A DNA stretch of 64,000 nt from Leptogorgia sarmentosa (Eukaryota), in assembly GCA_964658305.1 (NCBI GenBank), contig OZ210885.1, positions 11,346,001 to 11,410,000 of the forward strand. Direction: 5' to 3'. This document shows positions 11,447 to 21,073 of the stretch, piece by piece. A model generated the notes under the pieces. It worked only from the letters and a program-made list of their open reading frames with translations. It was not told the DNA's origin and did not search any database. Each line of letters begins with the position of its first letter. Within the stretch, counting starts at the first letter, position 1. The position numbers were made by a program, and so were the translations under genes.

Positions 11447-11779
11447 CAGGGGCGGATCTAGGATTTTTCGTACGTTAGTCAAAATTCTGTGACGTCATAT
11501 GTCCTGATGACGTAAGTGATGACGTCATGACGGTAGTTTCATATGATCAAGCAACAGGCGCAGATAATCAGAAAATCGCTGGCTCAAAATGTGCAAAAAC
11601 TGATCGAAGTTGAACGCTGGAGTGTGATGGATTTTGATTGCGTATTGCGTAATTGAAATTTGAGTACAGTTTCAATCAGTCGGAAAATAATTTCGAAACC
11701 TTGGTCCAAATTTTTCCCCCATGCCTTTGTTTTTACGTTAGTCGCGTGACTAATCTGACTACCCCTAGATCCGCCACTG
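11447..11779. mobile_element. hAT-type MITE
   Basis: TIR CAGGGGCGGATCTAGG / CCTAGATCCGCCACTG; 8-bp TSD ACACTCAG at 11439 and 11780. Confidence 0.85.
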
Positions 11780-11883
11780 ACACTCAGCACCCACCACCGA
11801 GAACACAACTTCCTGTCATCGAGTTTTTCCCCAAAACAATTCATGTTTATCTTCGAGGCCAATATTTTAAAGACTTTGCATAA

Positions 11884-11965
11884 CGTAGTCGGCAGGATTT
11901 GAACCTGCGCGGGAAACTCCCAACAGATTTCTAGTCTGTCGCCTTAACCGCTCGGCCACGACTAC
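11884..11965 (-). tRNA. trnS(AGA): tRNA-Ser(AGA)
   Basis: 82 nt, long variable arm, loop CT AGA AA. Confidence 0.9.
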
Positions 11966-12289
11966 GTTGCTACAACCAACCGGTTTAACGCTGTTCATTA
12001 ATGAACATTCACATTAATCTTCAACTGACCTACACATTCTCAGCGCTACACTCTGAACAATAGAAACTTTCTATTTTGAGGTCTTTGCCAAACTCACTCG
12101 TGCAAGTTAATTCCAAATTCCACTCGAAACCATTCTATTAGCAGTACTTATTTTTTTTCCCAAACGTAGTGAAATGGTGGAAAGATATGAAACTTGAACT
12201 AAAATATATAGAATGCTACCTACCTGTGCAGGAACAAGCCTGAATTTGCCTGAAGCCACATTTTACCTCCAGACAAGGGCGTCAACTTT

Positions 12290-12361
12290 GCGTTGGTGGT
12301 TCAGTGGTAGAATTCTCGCCTGCACACCCTTGGGACCGGGGCTTGATTCACAGGAAACGCA
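12290..12361 (+). pseudogene. tRNA-Gly pseudogene
   Basis: Gly 5' half intact; anticodon and T arms degenerate. Confidence 0.75.
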
Positions 12362-12445
12362 GAATGTTTTCATTTTGTTGCATTTCAATTGCAACTCGAG
12401 AAAAAATGTGGGTTCGTAACACAGACATGATCTCAAAATTGTAAC

Positions 12446-12517
12446 TCCCATGTGGTCTAGTGGTTATAATCTGGCGTTTTCACCGCCATGGCCCGGGTTC
12501 GATTCCCGGCGTGGGAA
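12446..12517 (+). tRNA. trnE(TTC): tRNA-Glu(TTC), D-stem mutated
   Basis: TCCCATGTGGTCTAGTGGTTATAATCTGGCG-TT TTC AC-CGCCA. Confidence 0.75.
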
Positions 12518-13003
12518 ATTTTTCTGACAATTTCTATTTGGAACAGTTTGTCTTCACATATTCAAACACGCTCGAGACTGGGATTAGATTCCCGGCTAAC
12601 GCAGAATATTATCATTCTGACGAGTTTAAATTTCAAATGCAACACGAGAAAAACGTAGATTTGTAACACAGACATAATCCAATTATTTACCCAGGATAGT
12701 AAAATTAATATTTTCTGATATCACCATCTCTTATGAAAACTATTTGATAGCCGCAGACTATTTGATTGTGGACAGAGTTTTTGCATTGGTTAATAAATTC
12801 TTGATTTTTACTCTTTACAATTTTATTGGGAAAATGAGCTTTTAACAGAATATCCCTTTCGGAATTAATTTTACAAGCTCCCCTTCGCATTAATTTCGTT
12901 CTTGGATCAATTTGTTTCAATTAACTCTGGATAAAAAAAAAGGAAGGCGGAAGAGAAAGGTAATAAAATTCGCAGCATTTGTAAAATATTCAAACGTCAA
13001 AAT

Positions 13004-13075
13004 AGGTTCTGCCGAGACTTGAACTTGGATCGCTGGATTCAAAGTCCAAAGTGCTAACCATTACACCACAGAACC
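13004..13075 (-). tRNA. trnQ(TTG): tRNA-Gln(TTG)
   Basis: GGTTCTGTGGTGTAATGGTTAGCACTTTGGA-CT TTG AA-TCCAGCGATCC. Confidence 0.85.
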
Positions 13076-13203
13076 TCAACACAATCTTGACCAAGTTTCC
13101 CAATTCTTTAACGTTTCTTCCTTTGTTGTACAGCAAAAGGAACACTCTTCAATGGCGGACGTGGATATTTACTGAACACGAATCATGTATTCAACCTGTT
13201 AAA

Positions 13204-13285
13204 AGTAGCGTGGCCGACTGGTCTAAGGCGCTGGTTTTAGGCACCAGCCATTTCGATGACGTGGGTTCCAATCCCACCGCTGCCA
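13204..13285 (+). tRNA. trnL(TAG): tRNA-Leu(TAG), several substitutions
   Basis: GTAGCGTGGCCGACTGGTCTAAGGCGCTGGT-TT TAG GC-ACCAG; T-loop TTCCAAT. Confidence 0.7.
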
Positions 13286-13724
13286 ATTTTTCGTTGTTCA
13301 TGGCTGTATTCGTTTATTGAGCTAGTATAAGTTTTGCAAGCTGAAGCCTTTGAACCAAATATGGAAAAACTCGTAATTATATCCATGATTGAACAAGAGT
13401 AAAATTAATTTAGTGATATTTTATGATATCATCCTCCTTTGCCCAATTGATTCCCACAAACTATTTCATGATGGACAGACTTTTTGCATTGGTTTCCAAA
13501 TTCTTGATTATTTTTCAATCGTTTCTAATTTCCTTGGTTAAAGAACTTCTATAACACAGCCCACAGGATCGCTTTTGTAACTAAAATAAGAAATTCACCT
13601 TCGCACCAATTGTTCTTCCTCGGTTATTTTTTCCAACTCAATATGACACGCAAAATGGACAGTGCAAGAGAAATGTAATATAATTCACCACCTTATACAA
13701 TGTTTTAATTCGTCTGTTCGATCT

Positions 13725-13790
13725 AGGCTCTGCCGAGACTTGAACTCGGATCGCTGGATTCCAAAGTGCTAACCATTACACCACAGAACC
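13725..13790 (-). pseudogene. tRNA-Gln pseudogene, anticodon-arm deletion
   Basis: 6 nt missing relative to the 13004 copy. Confidence 0.8.
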
Positions 13791-13913
13791 TTAAGGGGTT
13801 GATGTCAAAGTTCCGAATTGTTCAACGTTTGTTCCTTTCTTTGATATCGAAAGGCATCCCTTTAAACGATGTGGATGTTTACTAAAGGGAAATTATATTG
13901 TCTGCAGGTCACA

Positions 13914-13995
13914 CGTAGCGTGGCCGAGTGGTCGAAGGCGCTGGTTTTAGGCATCAGTCATTTCGATGACGTGGGTTCGAATCCCACCGCTGCCA
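13914..13995 (+). tRNA. trnL(TAG): tRNA-Leu(TAG)
   Basis: 82 nt, long variable arm, GGTTCGAATCC. Confidence 0.8.
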
Positions 13996-14450
13996 AATTT
14001 TCGTTGTTCATGGCTGGATTCACTAACGATTCACTATTCGTTCATAATTTAACCCGCAACGGAAGGAAAGTAAAATGAATATTTTCTAATTTTACCCTCG
14101 TTTCGTGCTGACACGATTAATAAAGATCTAATTCCAGCACAGTAAAACTATATTCGCGATAGCCTGGAAAACCTTCGAAACCATGAATAATGGCAAAAAC
14201 TATTTGATCGTGGAAAGAGTTTTTCCATTGGTTTTTAAATTCTTGATTTTCACACCTTTATAACTTTATTGGTTAAAAGAGCTTTTAACGCAGTATCCTT
14301 TTGTAATTAAAATAACTAGTTCGTTTTCGCTTTCATTTTGTTCTTGGATCAATTTATGTCAATTATTTCCGAATTGGAAAATGGACGGTGAAAGAGAATG
14401 GTAATAAAATTGGCGACCTTAAAATAACCTTTAAATCTCCTGTCCAATAT

Positions 14451-14522
14451 AGGTTCTGCCGAGACTTGAACTCGGATCGCTGGATTCAGAGTCCAAATTG
14501 CTAACCATTGCACCACAGAAAC
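14451..14522 (-). tRNA. trnQ(CTG): tRNA-Gln(CTG), some substitutions
   Basis: Gln body with loop CT CTG AA. Confidence 0.75.
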
Positions 14523-14805
14523 GTAACACGACCGTGACAATGTTTCCTCATTTTTTGACATTTTTTCTTTCTTTCACACCGAAAGGCATCACTTCAAAAC
14601 GCGTGGATATTCAGTAAAGGGAAATCATGAATAGATACGTTTGAGATAGCGTGCCCGAAAAAAGGGTGAATTCAGAAACTTTTTATTTTTACTTTTTTCC
14701 GTCATGGATGAATTTATGAGTTTTCCGAAAATATGGATAAGAAACGTAAACTTGTTGAATTTATATTAACTGAATCAACAAAAGCGTCAAAGAACAACGA
14801 AAATT

Positions 14806-14887
14806 TGGCAGCGGTGGGATTCGAACCCACGTCATCGAAATGACTGGTGCCTAAAACCAGCGCCTTAGACCGCTCGGCCACGCTACC
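14806..14887 (-). tRNA. trnL(TAG): tRNA-Leu(TAG)
   Basis: GGTAGCGTGGCCGAGCGGTCTAAGGCGCTGGTTTTAGGCACCAGTC..GGTTCGAATCCCACCGCTGCCA. Confidence 0.92.
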
Positions 14888-14962
14888 TGTGACGTGTTTT
14901 TCCACTGTCAAAGAAACGAAGAAACGTGAAACAATTGGAAAATATTATCATGGTGGTGTTAA

Positions 14963-15034
14963 GGTTCTATGATGTAATGGTTAACAATTTTGGGCTTTGA
15001 ATCCAGCGATCCGAGTTTAAGTCTCGGCAAACCT
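14963..15034 (+). pseudogene. tRNA-Gln(TTG) pseudogene
   Basis: Gln body with multiple D-arm, anticodon-stem and T-loop changes. Confidence 0.7.
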
Positions 15035-15474
15035 ATTTTAGACATTACATTTGAATTTTTTATAATGCAGCAAAGTGAATTATCTTTCTCTTGCACCATC
15101 CATTTGGTAATTCAGAGTTAATTGAAACAAATTGATCCAAGAACAAAATTAATGCGAAGGGGAGCTTGTAAAATTAATTACTAAAGGGATAATCTGTTAA
15201 AAGTTAATTTTCCCAAGTTAATTATGAAGAATAAAAATCAGTAATTTAAAAACCAATGCAAAAACTCAGTCCACGATCGAATAGTTTGTGGCTACCAAAT
15301 AGTTTTAGCTAAAAGAGGGCGATATCAGAAAATATTGATCTTTCTGGGGTTGCAATTGAAATTGAAACTCGTCATAGTGAAAATATTCTGCGTTAGCAGG
15401 GAATCGAATCCCAGTCTCGGGCGAGTTTGAATATGTGAAGACAAACTATTCCAAATAGAAATTGTCAGAAAAAA

Positions 15475-15546
15475 TTCCCACGCCGGGAATCGAACCCGGG
15501 TCATGGCGGTGAAAACGCCAGATCCTAACCACTAGACCACATGGGA
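15475..15546 (-). tRNA. trnE(TTC): tRNA-Glu(TTC)
   Basis: Full-length body, loop TT TTC AC. Confidence 0.88.
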
Positions 15547-15585
15547 GTTACAATTAAGTGATTATGTCTGTGTTAGGAAGCAACG

Positions 15586-17030
15586 TTTTTGTATCTGCGT
15601 GACGTAGTGACGCAGATATATTGCTATCGAGTTGTTAGCTGTTAGTTGTTAGCTGTTAGCTGTTAGTTGTTAGCTGTTAGCTGTTGGCTGTTAGCTGTTA
15701 GCTGTTAGCTGTTAGCTGTTAGCTGTTAGCTGTTAGCTGTTAGCTGTTAGTTGTTAGTTGTTAGCTGTTAACTTGCAGCCAATCAGCGAATTCGTTAGTT
15801 AAATTTAGCCAATAGACGACAACGTAACATTGAGATGACGTAATTCCCATTGAGCCCACCCGCAAATTTAAGGGAACCAACGTGGAGTTCTTGCGGGCTA
15901 AATATTACAAAATGGCGGCTGATATAGGCGCGAGCTAAAGAGGGGTGATGTGTTTGTCTGTTTGATCGTGGATTTTGTTTCGCATGAATATCCAGATAAA
16001 AAGAAATATAATGTTCGCAGCGAGGAGTGACTTCACTGAAATAGAGGTTAATTTATGAGCGTTTGCGCCGTTTAGAACACCATTTATACTAAGGAAATTT
16101 ATACGCAAAAATATCATGACGCATATTGCAGACATTGGCATTGCTTTTAAAGATATTAATTAAAGAGGTTCGCGTTCGCTATGCAATTTAGATCATCAAA
16201 GCAAAAATATCATGACGCAATTTATACAATTGAACACAGCGAATAGTTTAAGGTTTTGAAAGAGTTTAATGTCTTGACACAATTGCGCGTATATTTTCCC
16301 TACGATACTTTAGCGTGTCGGCACTGTACATGTTTGGACTGCCCGCGGTATCATTGTGATCACGGAATATCTACTATATTTTGACGCTTCGCCATACGGA
16401 ATCGTTGAAACATTCAATCCCAGGAAAATAGATTTCGTAGCTTGTAATAAAACGGGTTTGTGTGTTTATTAAGCGCGAGACAAAACAAACGAAATCATAT
16501 ATAGTTTCAAGTATTCTGTTTTGAACCTACGCGCAATGCGCATACCGCTCATACATACACTTTAGCGTCTACGCAAATGCGCATGAATGGACGGAATGTA
16601 TTGTATATAAATATATTATTATGATACGGTATTGGAAAGGGTAAATTTGGTTTTTAGAGAGCTACATTTTTCACAAACAATCGCAAAGCGCTGTGTCTAA
16701 GACGCAATAACATAAAATGCGATATCATATGTCGTCAAGTTTCAATTCCTTATGCAATTTGATATATGATGGCGGGAATTCCGGAATGCGAGATAGTCAT
16801 AAAAGCTTATATCAAGTATTGAATACGTCTCCGCACAACCTCAGTTACCTCACGTCTTGAAAGGAATTAGTATTTGCGCTATTCGCCTATTTCCTAGCAG
16901 TAAACCATTTTATACATGCAAGATCGCGTATTAGGGATAAGATGCGTGTATCGAAAAGCTGAAAACAAATAAGACTTGATCATCAAGCTACATAGGCGCA
17001 GATACATGTACACTTTGTGTACCTATTTTT
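15586..17030 (+). mobile_element. Non-autonomous Helentron/DINE-1-like element (HINE), copy 1
   Basis: Inserted in a T-run with no TSD (empty paralogous site near 12400); sub-terminal IRs GTATCTGCG / CGCAGATAC; 5' (GTTAGCT)n microsatellite; 3' hairpin GTACACTTTGTGTAC; near-identical copy at 59117-60484. Confidence 0.85.
15632..15770 (+). repeat. (GTTAGCT/GTTAGTT)n 7-bp tandem repeat inside the Helentron-type element
   Basis: About 20 units here, about 8 in the 59.1-kb copy. Confidence 0.95.
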
Positions 17031-17079
17031 TCTCGTGTGCAATTGAAACGCAACAAAATTAATTAGATTGAAAATAATC

Positions 17080-17150
17080 TGCGTTAGCGGGGAATCGAAC
17101 CCCGGTCTCCCGCGTGGCAAGCACGAATTCTACCACTGAACCACCAACGC
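17080..17150 (-). tRNA. trnG(GCC): tRNA-Gly(GCC), anticodon stem mutated
   Basis: Gly body with TCGTGCTTGCCACGCGGG in the anticodon arm. Confidence 0.65.
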
Positions 17151-17442
17151 AAAGTTGCTCAATTCTTACGTCATAATATTCATATTCCACAAGATGCCGA
17201 ACATTTTCACTAAACTTTCAATTTCACCTTTAAATAATAAATCATATAGTAAGTTCTAGGAATTTTGACACTTCGAACATGATCGGCAAAATCACTTTGT
17301 TTGTTCAAAAGCAAGATCTTGTCAACAAAGACTTAAATACAAAAAAGACCAAAAGAGTGGGTAAGAGGGATAGAGCTAGTATAATAGCAATGGTTTTGCT
17401 AATTTCTCGAATTGCATATTTTTCCCTTCTCTCGCAAAAGTA

Positions 17443-17516
17443 TTCCCATGCCGGAAATCGAACCCGGGCCTTGGCGGTAAGAGCGCCAGATATCCTGACC
17501 ATTGGACTACATGGGA
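17443..17516 (-). tRNA. tRNA-Glu-derived gene with CTT (Lys) anticodon, probably a pseudogene
   Basis: Paralog of Glu(CTC) at 8373; loop CT CTT AC; 2-nt insertion after the D-arm. Confidence 0.6.
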
Positions 17517-17612
17517 GAAACATTTATTTTTTCTCGGAATGTGAAAATAACGATAATATTTCTAATTTGAATTTCGAAGAAAATTTCGAGAGACAGCGTG
17601 GCCAGAAGTGCT

Positions 17613-17927
17613 TGACCTTGAAGTAAATTGAACACTTAACCTTCAGGGACCGGTTGTACGAAGCCCGTTTAGCCTAAACGGTGGATAAGCCAAAATTTAT
17701 TAACACTCTTATAATACTTATAAACATATAAACTTGAATTTCATGCACTAAATACGTAGTGGCAGTCGTAGTTGTTCTATTCATTTTGAAAACTTTCAGT
17801 TTTGTTGTTCAGTGAATGAATAGACTTGTTTTTATTTTTCAGTTTATCCACCGTTTAGGTTAAACGGGCTTCGTACAACCGGCCCCTGATCTGGGGTCAG
17901 ACGCGCTACCAATTGCGCCACAAGGTC
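17613..17927 (-). pseudogene. tRNA-Trp(CCA) interrupted by a MITE
   Basis: Paralog of 8541-8615 split at the anticodon stem; U33 changed to C. Confidence 0.85.
17647..17885. mobile_element. PIF/Harbinger-type MITE inside tRNA-Trp
   Basis: TIR GGACCGGTTGTACGAAGCCCGTTTAGCCTAAACGGTGGATAA / TTATCCACCGTTTAGGTTAAACGGGCTTCGTACAACCGGCCC; CAG/CTG 3-bp flanks; absent from the paralog. Confidence 0.85.
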
Positions 17928-18170
17928 GTAGCGCTGTTAAAATGGTTTGGTTTCAGAGAACGAGTTTGAGAATGTGAACAGAAGCAGTCCATTTATTGAT
18001 TGCCACGCCCATATGTGCAGTTTTACAACATTTTGTCGATATTTACAACAGTTGAAAAAATCACTATCCAATCGAGAAAGTTATCCGAATGTCGTACAAC
18101 TAGCCTCTGATTCTATCGGCAATTAATGCGGCAATTGGACTTATATTCTGACTTTCTATGGGAAGAATTT

Positions 18171-18243
18171 GCCTCATTAGCTCAGTGGTTAGAGAACTGG
18201 TCTTGTAAACCAAGGGTCCAGAGTTCAAATCTCTGATGGGGCT
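18171..18243 (+). tRNA. trnT(TGT): tRNA-Thr(TGT)
   Basis: Paralog of 8863; loop CT TGT AA. Confidence 0.8.
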
Positions 18244-18486
18244 CGAAAATATCGTTATCAAAAAGTTAGTTTTGAGAATGCGAAATAATCTTATAGTGGA
18301 ACTGAGAGCACCGCTTACTAGCTTGAAATATATTCGATATTATAAATCAATCAAAGACTGTAAATGGTAACGTTTTACAAAGAAAGGAAACAATTGCATA
18401 ATCTTCACTCGTATTTTTACCATTTTGAAACATCACATCAGTGCAGGATGGGAAAGTAATATAATTCTACAGCAAGCTTTCGAGTT

Positions 18487-18559
18487 GCCTCATTAGCTCA
18501 GGGGTTAGAGCACTGGTCTAGTAAACCAGGGGTCCAGAGTTCAAATCTCTGATGAGGCT
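18487..18559 (+). tRNA. trnT(AGT): tRNA-Thr(AGT)
   Basis: Intact cloverleaf; loop CT AGT AA. Confidence 0.9.
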
Positions 18560-18709
18560 TTATTTTCTTCGAAAACATTGAAGAACGCGGAAGACAAGCA
18601 CCCAGATTGTATTCCATGTGCTGTTCAGTGAGTTAAAACTGATGAAATAAAAAAGCTATTGAAAGAGTACTACGTTGGAAAAAACATGCTAGGGAGATAT
18701 TAGCATGTC

Positions 18710-18782
18710 GCCTCATTAGCTCAGGGGTTAGAGCACTGGTTTCGTAAACCAGGGGTCCAGAGTTGAATTCTCTGATGAGACT
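18710..18782 (+). tRNA. trnT(CGT): tRNA-Thr(CGT), T-loop and acceptor substitutions
   Basis: Paralog of 9399 (TGT); loop TT CGT AA. Confidence 0.7.
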
Positions 18783-18968
18783 GTGTGAATCCAGTTCTTT
18801 TTGTAATTGGTTACAAGGTATGCAATTAACTTTCCAGATTGTATAAGTCTGACCTGAAAGAAAATTTTTGAAGTGAGTTTATTTCATGAAAACACGTGAT
18901 AATACGGGAATTAAGTTTAAATTAACTTCGTAATTGGATTTATATTGAGTTTCAATAGGGAAGAAGTT

Positions 18969-19769
18969 GCCTCTTTAGCTCAGGGGTTAGAGCACTGAGC
19001 TATACTTAATATATCTGGAGATCGGGCTCTCCACTTTGAAGTGTCGCCAAAAACATGGCGGATTTTACGTCACACGTCCCCTATTCTCATGATGGTAATT
19101 ACTGACCACAGTTGAAGTGTGTGCAGGCGCCGTTTCCAACCCTCCCTGGATTTTACTGTACGATTTTATATATAAATATATACTGCATTGCTGTTTTGAT
19201 ATTTTTTCAAAGAATTGAGATAAAGTATTAAAATTCTCTTAAATCTCAAAAATATATTGTTGTATTTGTCGATGTACGCGCCTATAAATACCGAACGCGA
19301 TTGATTAAAGAGGACTTGACAAAGGAGTTGTGGCATCCGTAAATCGTAATTTATCTTAAATTAAATGTAGTTCAGCAAATAAGTGACCGACCGTCGCCAA
19401 CTATGTGTGCAAAAACGCGGCATGTTGATAATCAACAAAATTCAACGAAATATTGTTTTGAATTTAAAACTTTGACGTGATATTAGCTGGTATTTTAGTA
19501 TTTTATTTTCAGACAGGGGGGTGAGAAAACTGCTCACTTTCGGCAATGTTATTTGGTCAGTGGTTAGTCCCCTGAAATAGGGGACTTACTACGTCATAAT
19601 GACGTAAATTTGGCTAAAATCCGCCATGTTTTTGGCGACACTATTTTGTACGGCGTTGTATTACGACCCGATCTCCAGATATATTAAGTATAGCTCAGTG
19701 GGTTAGAGCACTGGTCTAGTAAAACAGCTAGGAAACCGGGAGTCCAGAGTTCAAATTTCTGATGAGGCT
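18969..19769 (+). pseudogene. Intron-containing tRNA-Thr(AGT) interrupted by a MITE
   Basis: 5' part 18969-18992, 3' part 19701-19769 with intron AAACAGCTAGGA. Confidence 0.85.
18993..19700. mobile_element. 708-bp non-autonomous TIR element (CA..TG, 8-bp TSD; P-like) inside the tRNA-Thr D-arm
   Basis: 34-bp TIR CACTGAGCTATACTTAATATATCTGGAGATCGGG; sub-terminal IR GTGTCGCCAAAAACATGGCGGATTTTA; TSD GGTTAGAG at 18985 and 19701. Confidence 0.9.
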
Positions 19770-19904
19770 TTGTGAATAAGTGTTCATCCATTTCCTTTTT
19801 TGTAATTGGGTACACCGTATGCAGTTAACTCTCGAAATTGTATGGGAAGTGTGACCTGAAACAAAATTTTTGAAGTGAATTTATTTTATAAAAAACACGT
19901 GATA

Positions 19905-19970
19905 ATACGGGAATTGGCCCCGGGCCATGGCGGTGAAAACGCCAGATCCTAACCACTAAACCATATGGGA
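19905..19970 (-). pseudogene. tRNA-Glu(TTC) pseudogene
   Basis: Paralog of 9905-9973 with the same chimeric 3' end. Confidence 0.75.
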
Positions 19971-20015
19971 GTGATAACTTGTTCACTATTCCTGTGCTTC
20001 AAAGCCAGTTTAATC

Positions 20016-20086
20016 TGCATTAGCGGGGAATCGAACCCCGGTCTCCCGCGTGGCAGGCGAGAATTCTACCACTGAACCACCAACGC
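20016..20086 (-). tRNA. trnG(GCC): tRNA-Gly(GCC)
   Basis: Full-length body. Confidence 0.85.
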
Positions 20087-20513
20087 GAAGATGCTCAATT
20101 GTTTCGTTATAATGTTCATATTCCACAAGATGCCGAACATTTTCACCAAACACCTTCAAATAATAAATCAGAGCAAGTTGTAGGAAATTGTTACACTTTA
20201 AACATGATCAGCAAAACCAGAGAGACATGGCGTGGCCAGAAAGCAGAAAATTTTTTTGGGATACCTAGTAGCCGCGCGTACTTTATATGTTGTATGGCAA
20301 AATCTATTCATATAATTTGTCGATCTTCGTTGGCTCAGAGTTTATGGTACCGACTCGCCAGCAGCGACCCTGCAGGTTCGAATCTCGCGTGTTGGTTTTT
20401 GTCATTTTGTTTATTTTTTGTCATTTTGTTTGTTTTCTTTGAAGGTTTTTTTCTCAACATCTTCTTGTTAGGGTCAGAATGACTGTTTGGGCCTGTATTA
20501 GAAAAACAAAAGA

Positions 20514-20870
20514 AATATATGTTATTTACCAGCTGGGAGGTCCGTACTGGAAAATATTTTGTCGAGGTCTCAACACGACGTTTTTGAGACCGAGACAAAA
20601 TATTTTCCAGTACGGACCGACCTAAATGGTAAATAACTTATTTATTTTAACTTCTCCTCGATGTTATGATAAAATTCGTCAAAAATTCCAGTGTTGCGAA
20701 CTAGATTTTGAGATCAGTTTGTTTGTTTACTTTGCTACTCTATGGCTGCTAAACAGCCAAGACGAAGTGAGTAAAAAACCTTCAATATTGACGCATTTGC
20801 TTCAATATTGACGCTTTTCCACTCAACATTACTACGAAAAAGGTAAACTTATTAAAATTATTTATTCCCC
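20514..20870. repeat. Palindrome-headed dispersed repeat (same family as 43040-43792, opposite orientation)
   Basis: Hairpin GGTCCGTACTGGAAAATATTTTGTC..GACAAAATATTTTCCAGTACGGACC; body matches the reverse complement of ~43430-43790. Confidence 0.75.
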
Positions 20871-20954
20871 AATTCGAGTTTCAAATCCCTCGAGTTTTCC
20901 CCCAAAACAATTCATGTTTATCTTCGAGGCCAAAATTTTAAAGACTTTGCATAA

Positions 20955-21036
20955 CGTAGTCGGCAGGATTTGAACCTGCGCGGGAAACTCCCAACAGATT
21001 TCGAGTCTGTCGCCTTAACCACTCGGCCACGACTAC
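20955..21036 (-). tRNA. trnS(CGA): tRNA-Ser(CGA)
   Basis: Same flanks and body as Ser(AGA) at 11884; loop CT CGA AA. Confidence 0.9.
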
Positions 21037-21073
21037 GTTGCAACAACCAACAGGTTTCGCGTTATTCAACTTT

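Noticed and set aside
11405..11800. Degenerate tRNA-Leu/Ser-like 5' remnant around the hAT MITE
   Set aside because: Similarity (GCTGAGTG..GTGACAGATTCAA on the minus strand) is too weak to annotate as a feature
15935..16141. 68-aa ORF repeated at 59382-59588
   Set aside because: Conserved only because it lies in two young copies of the same non-autonomous element
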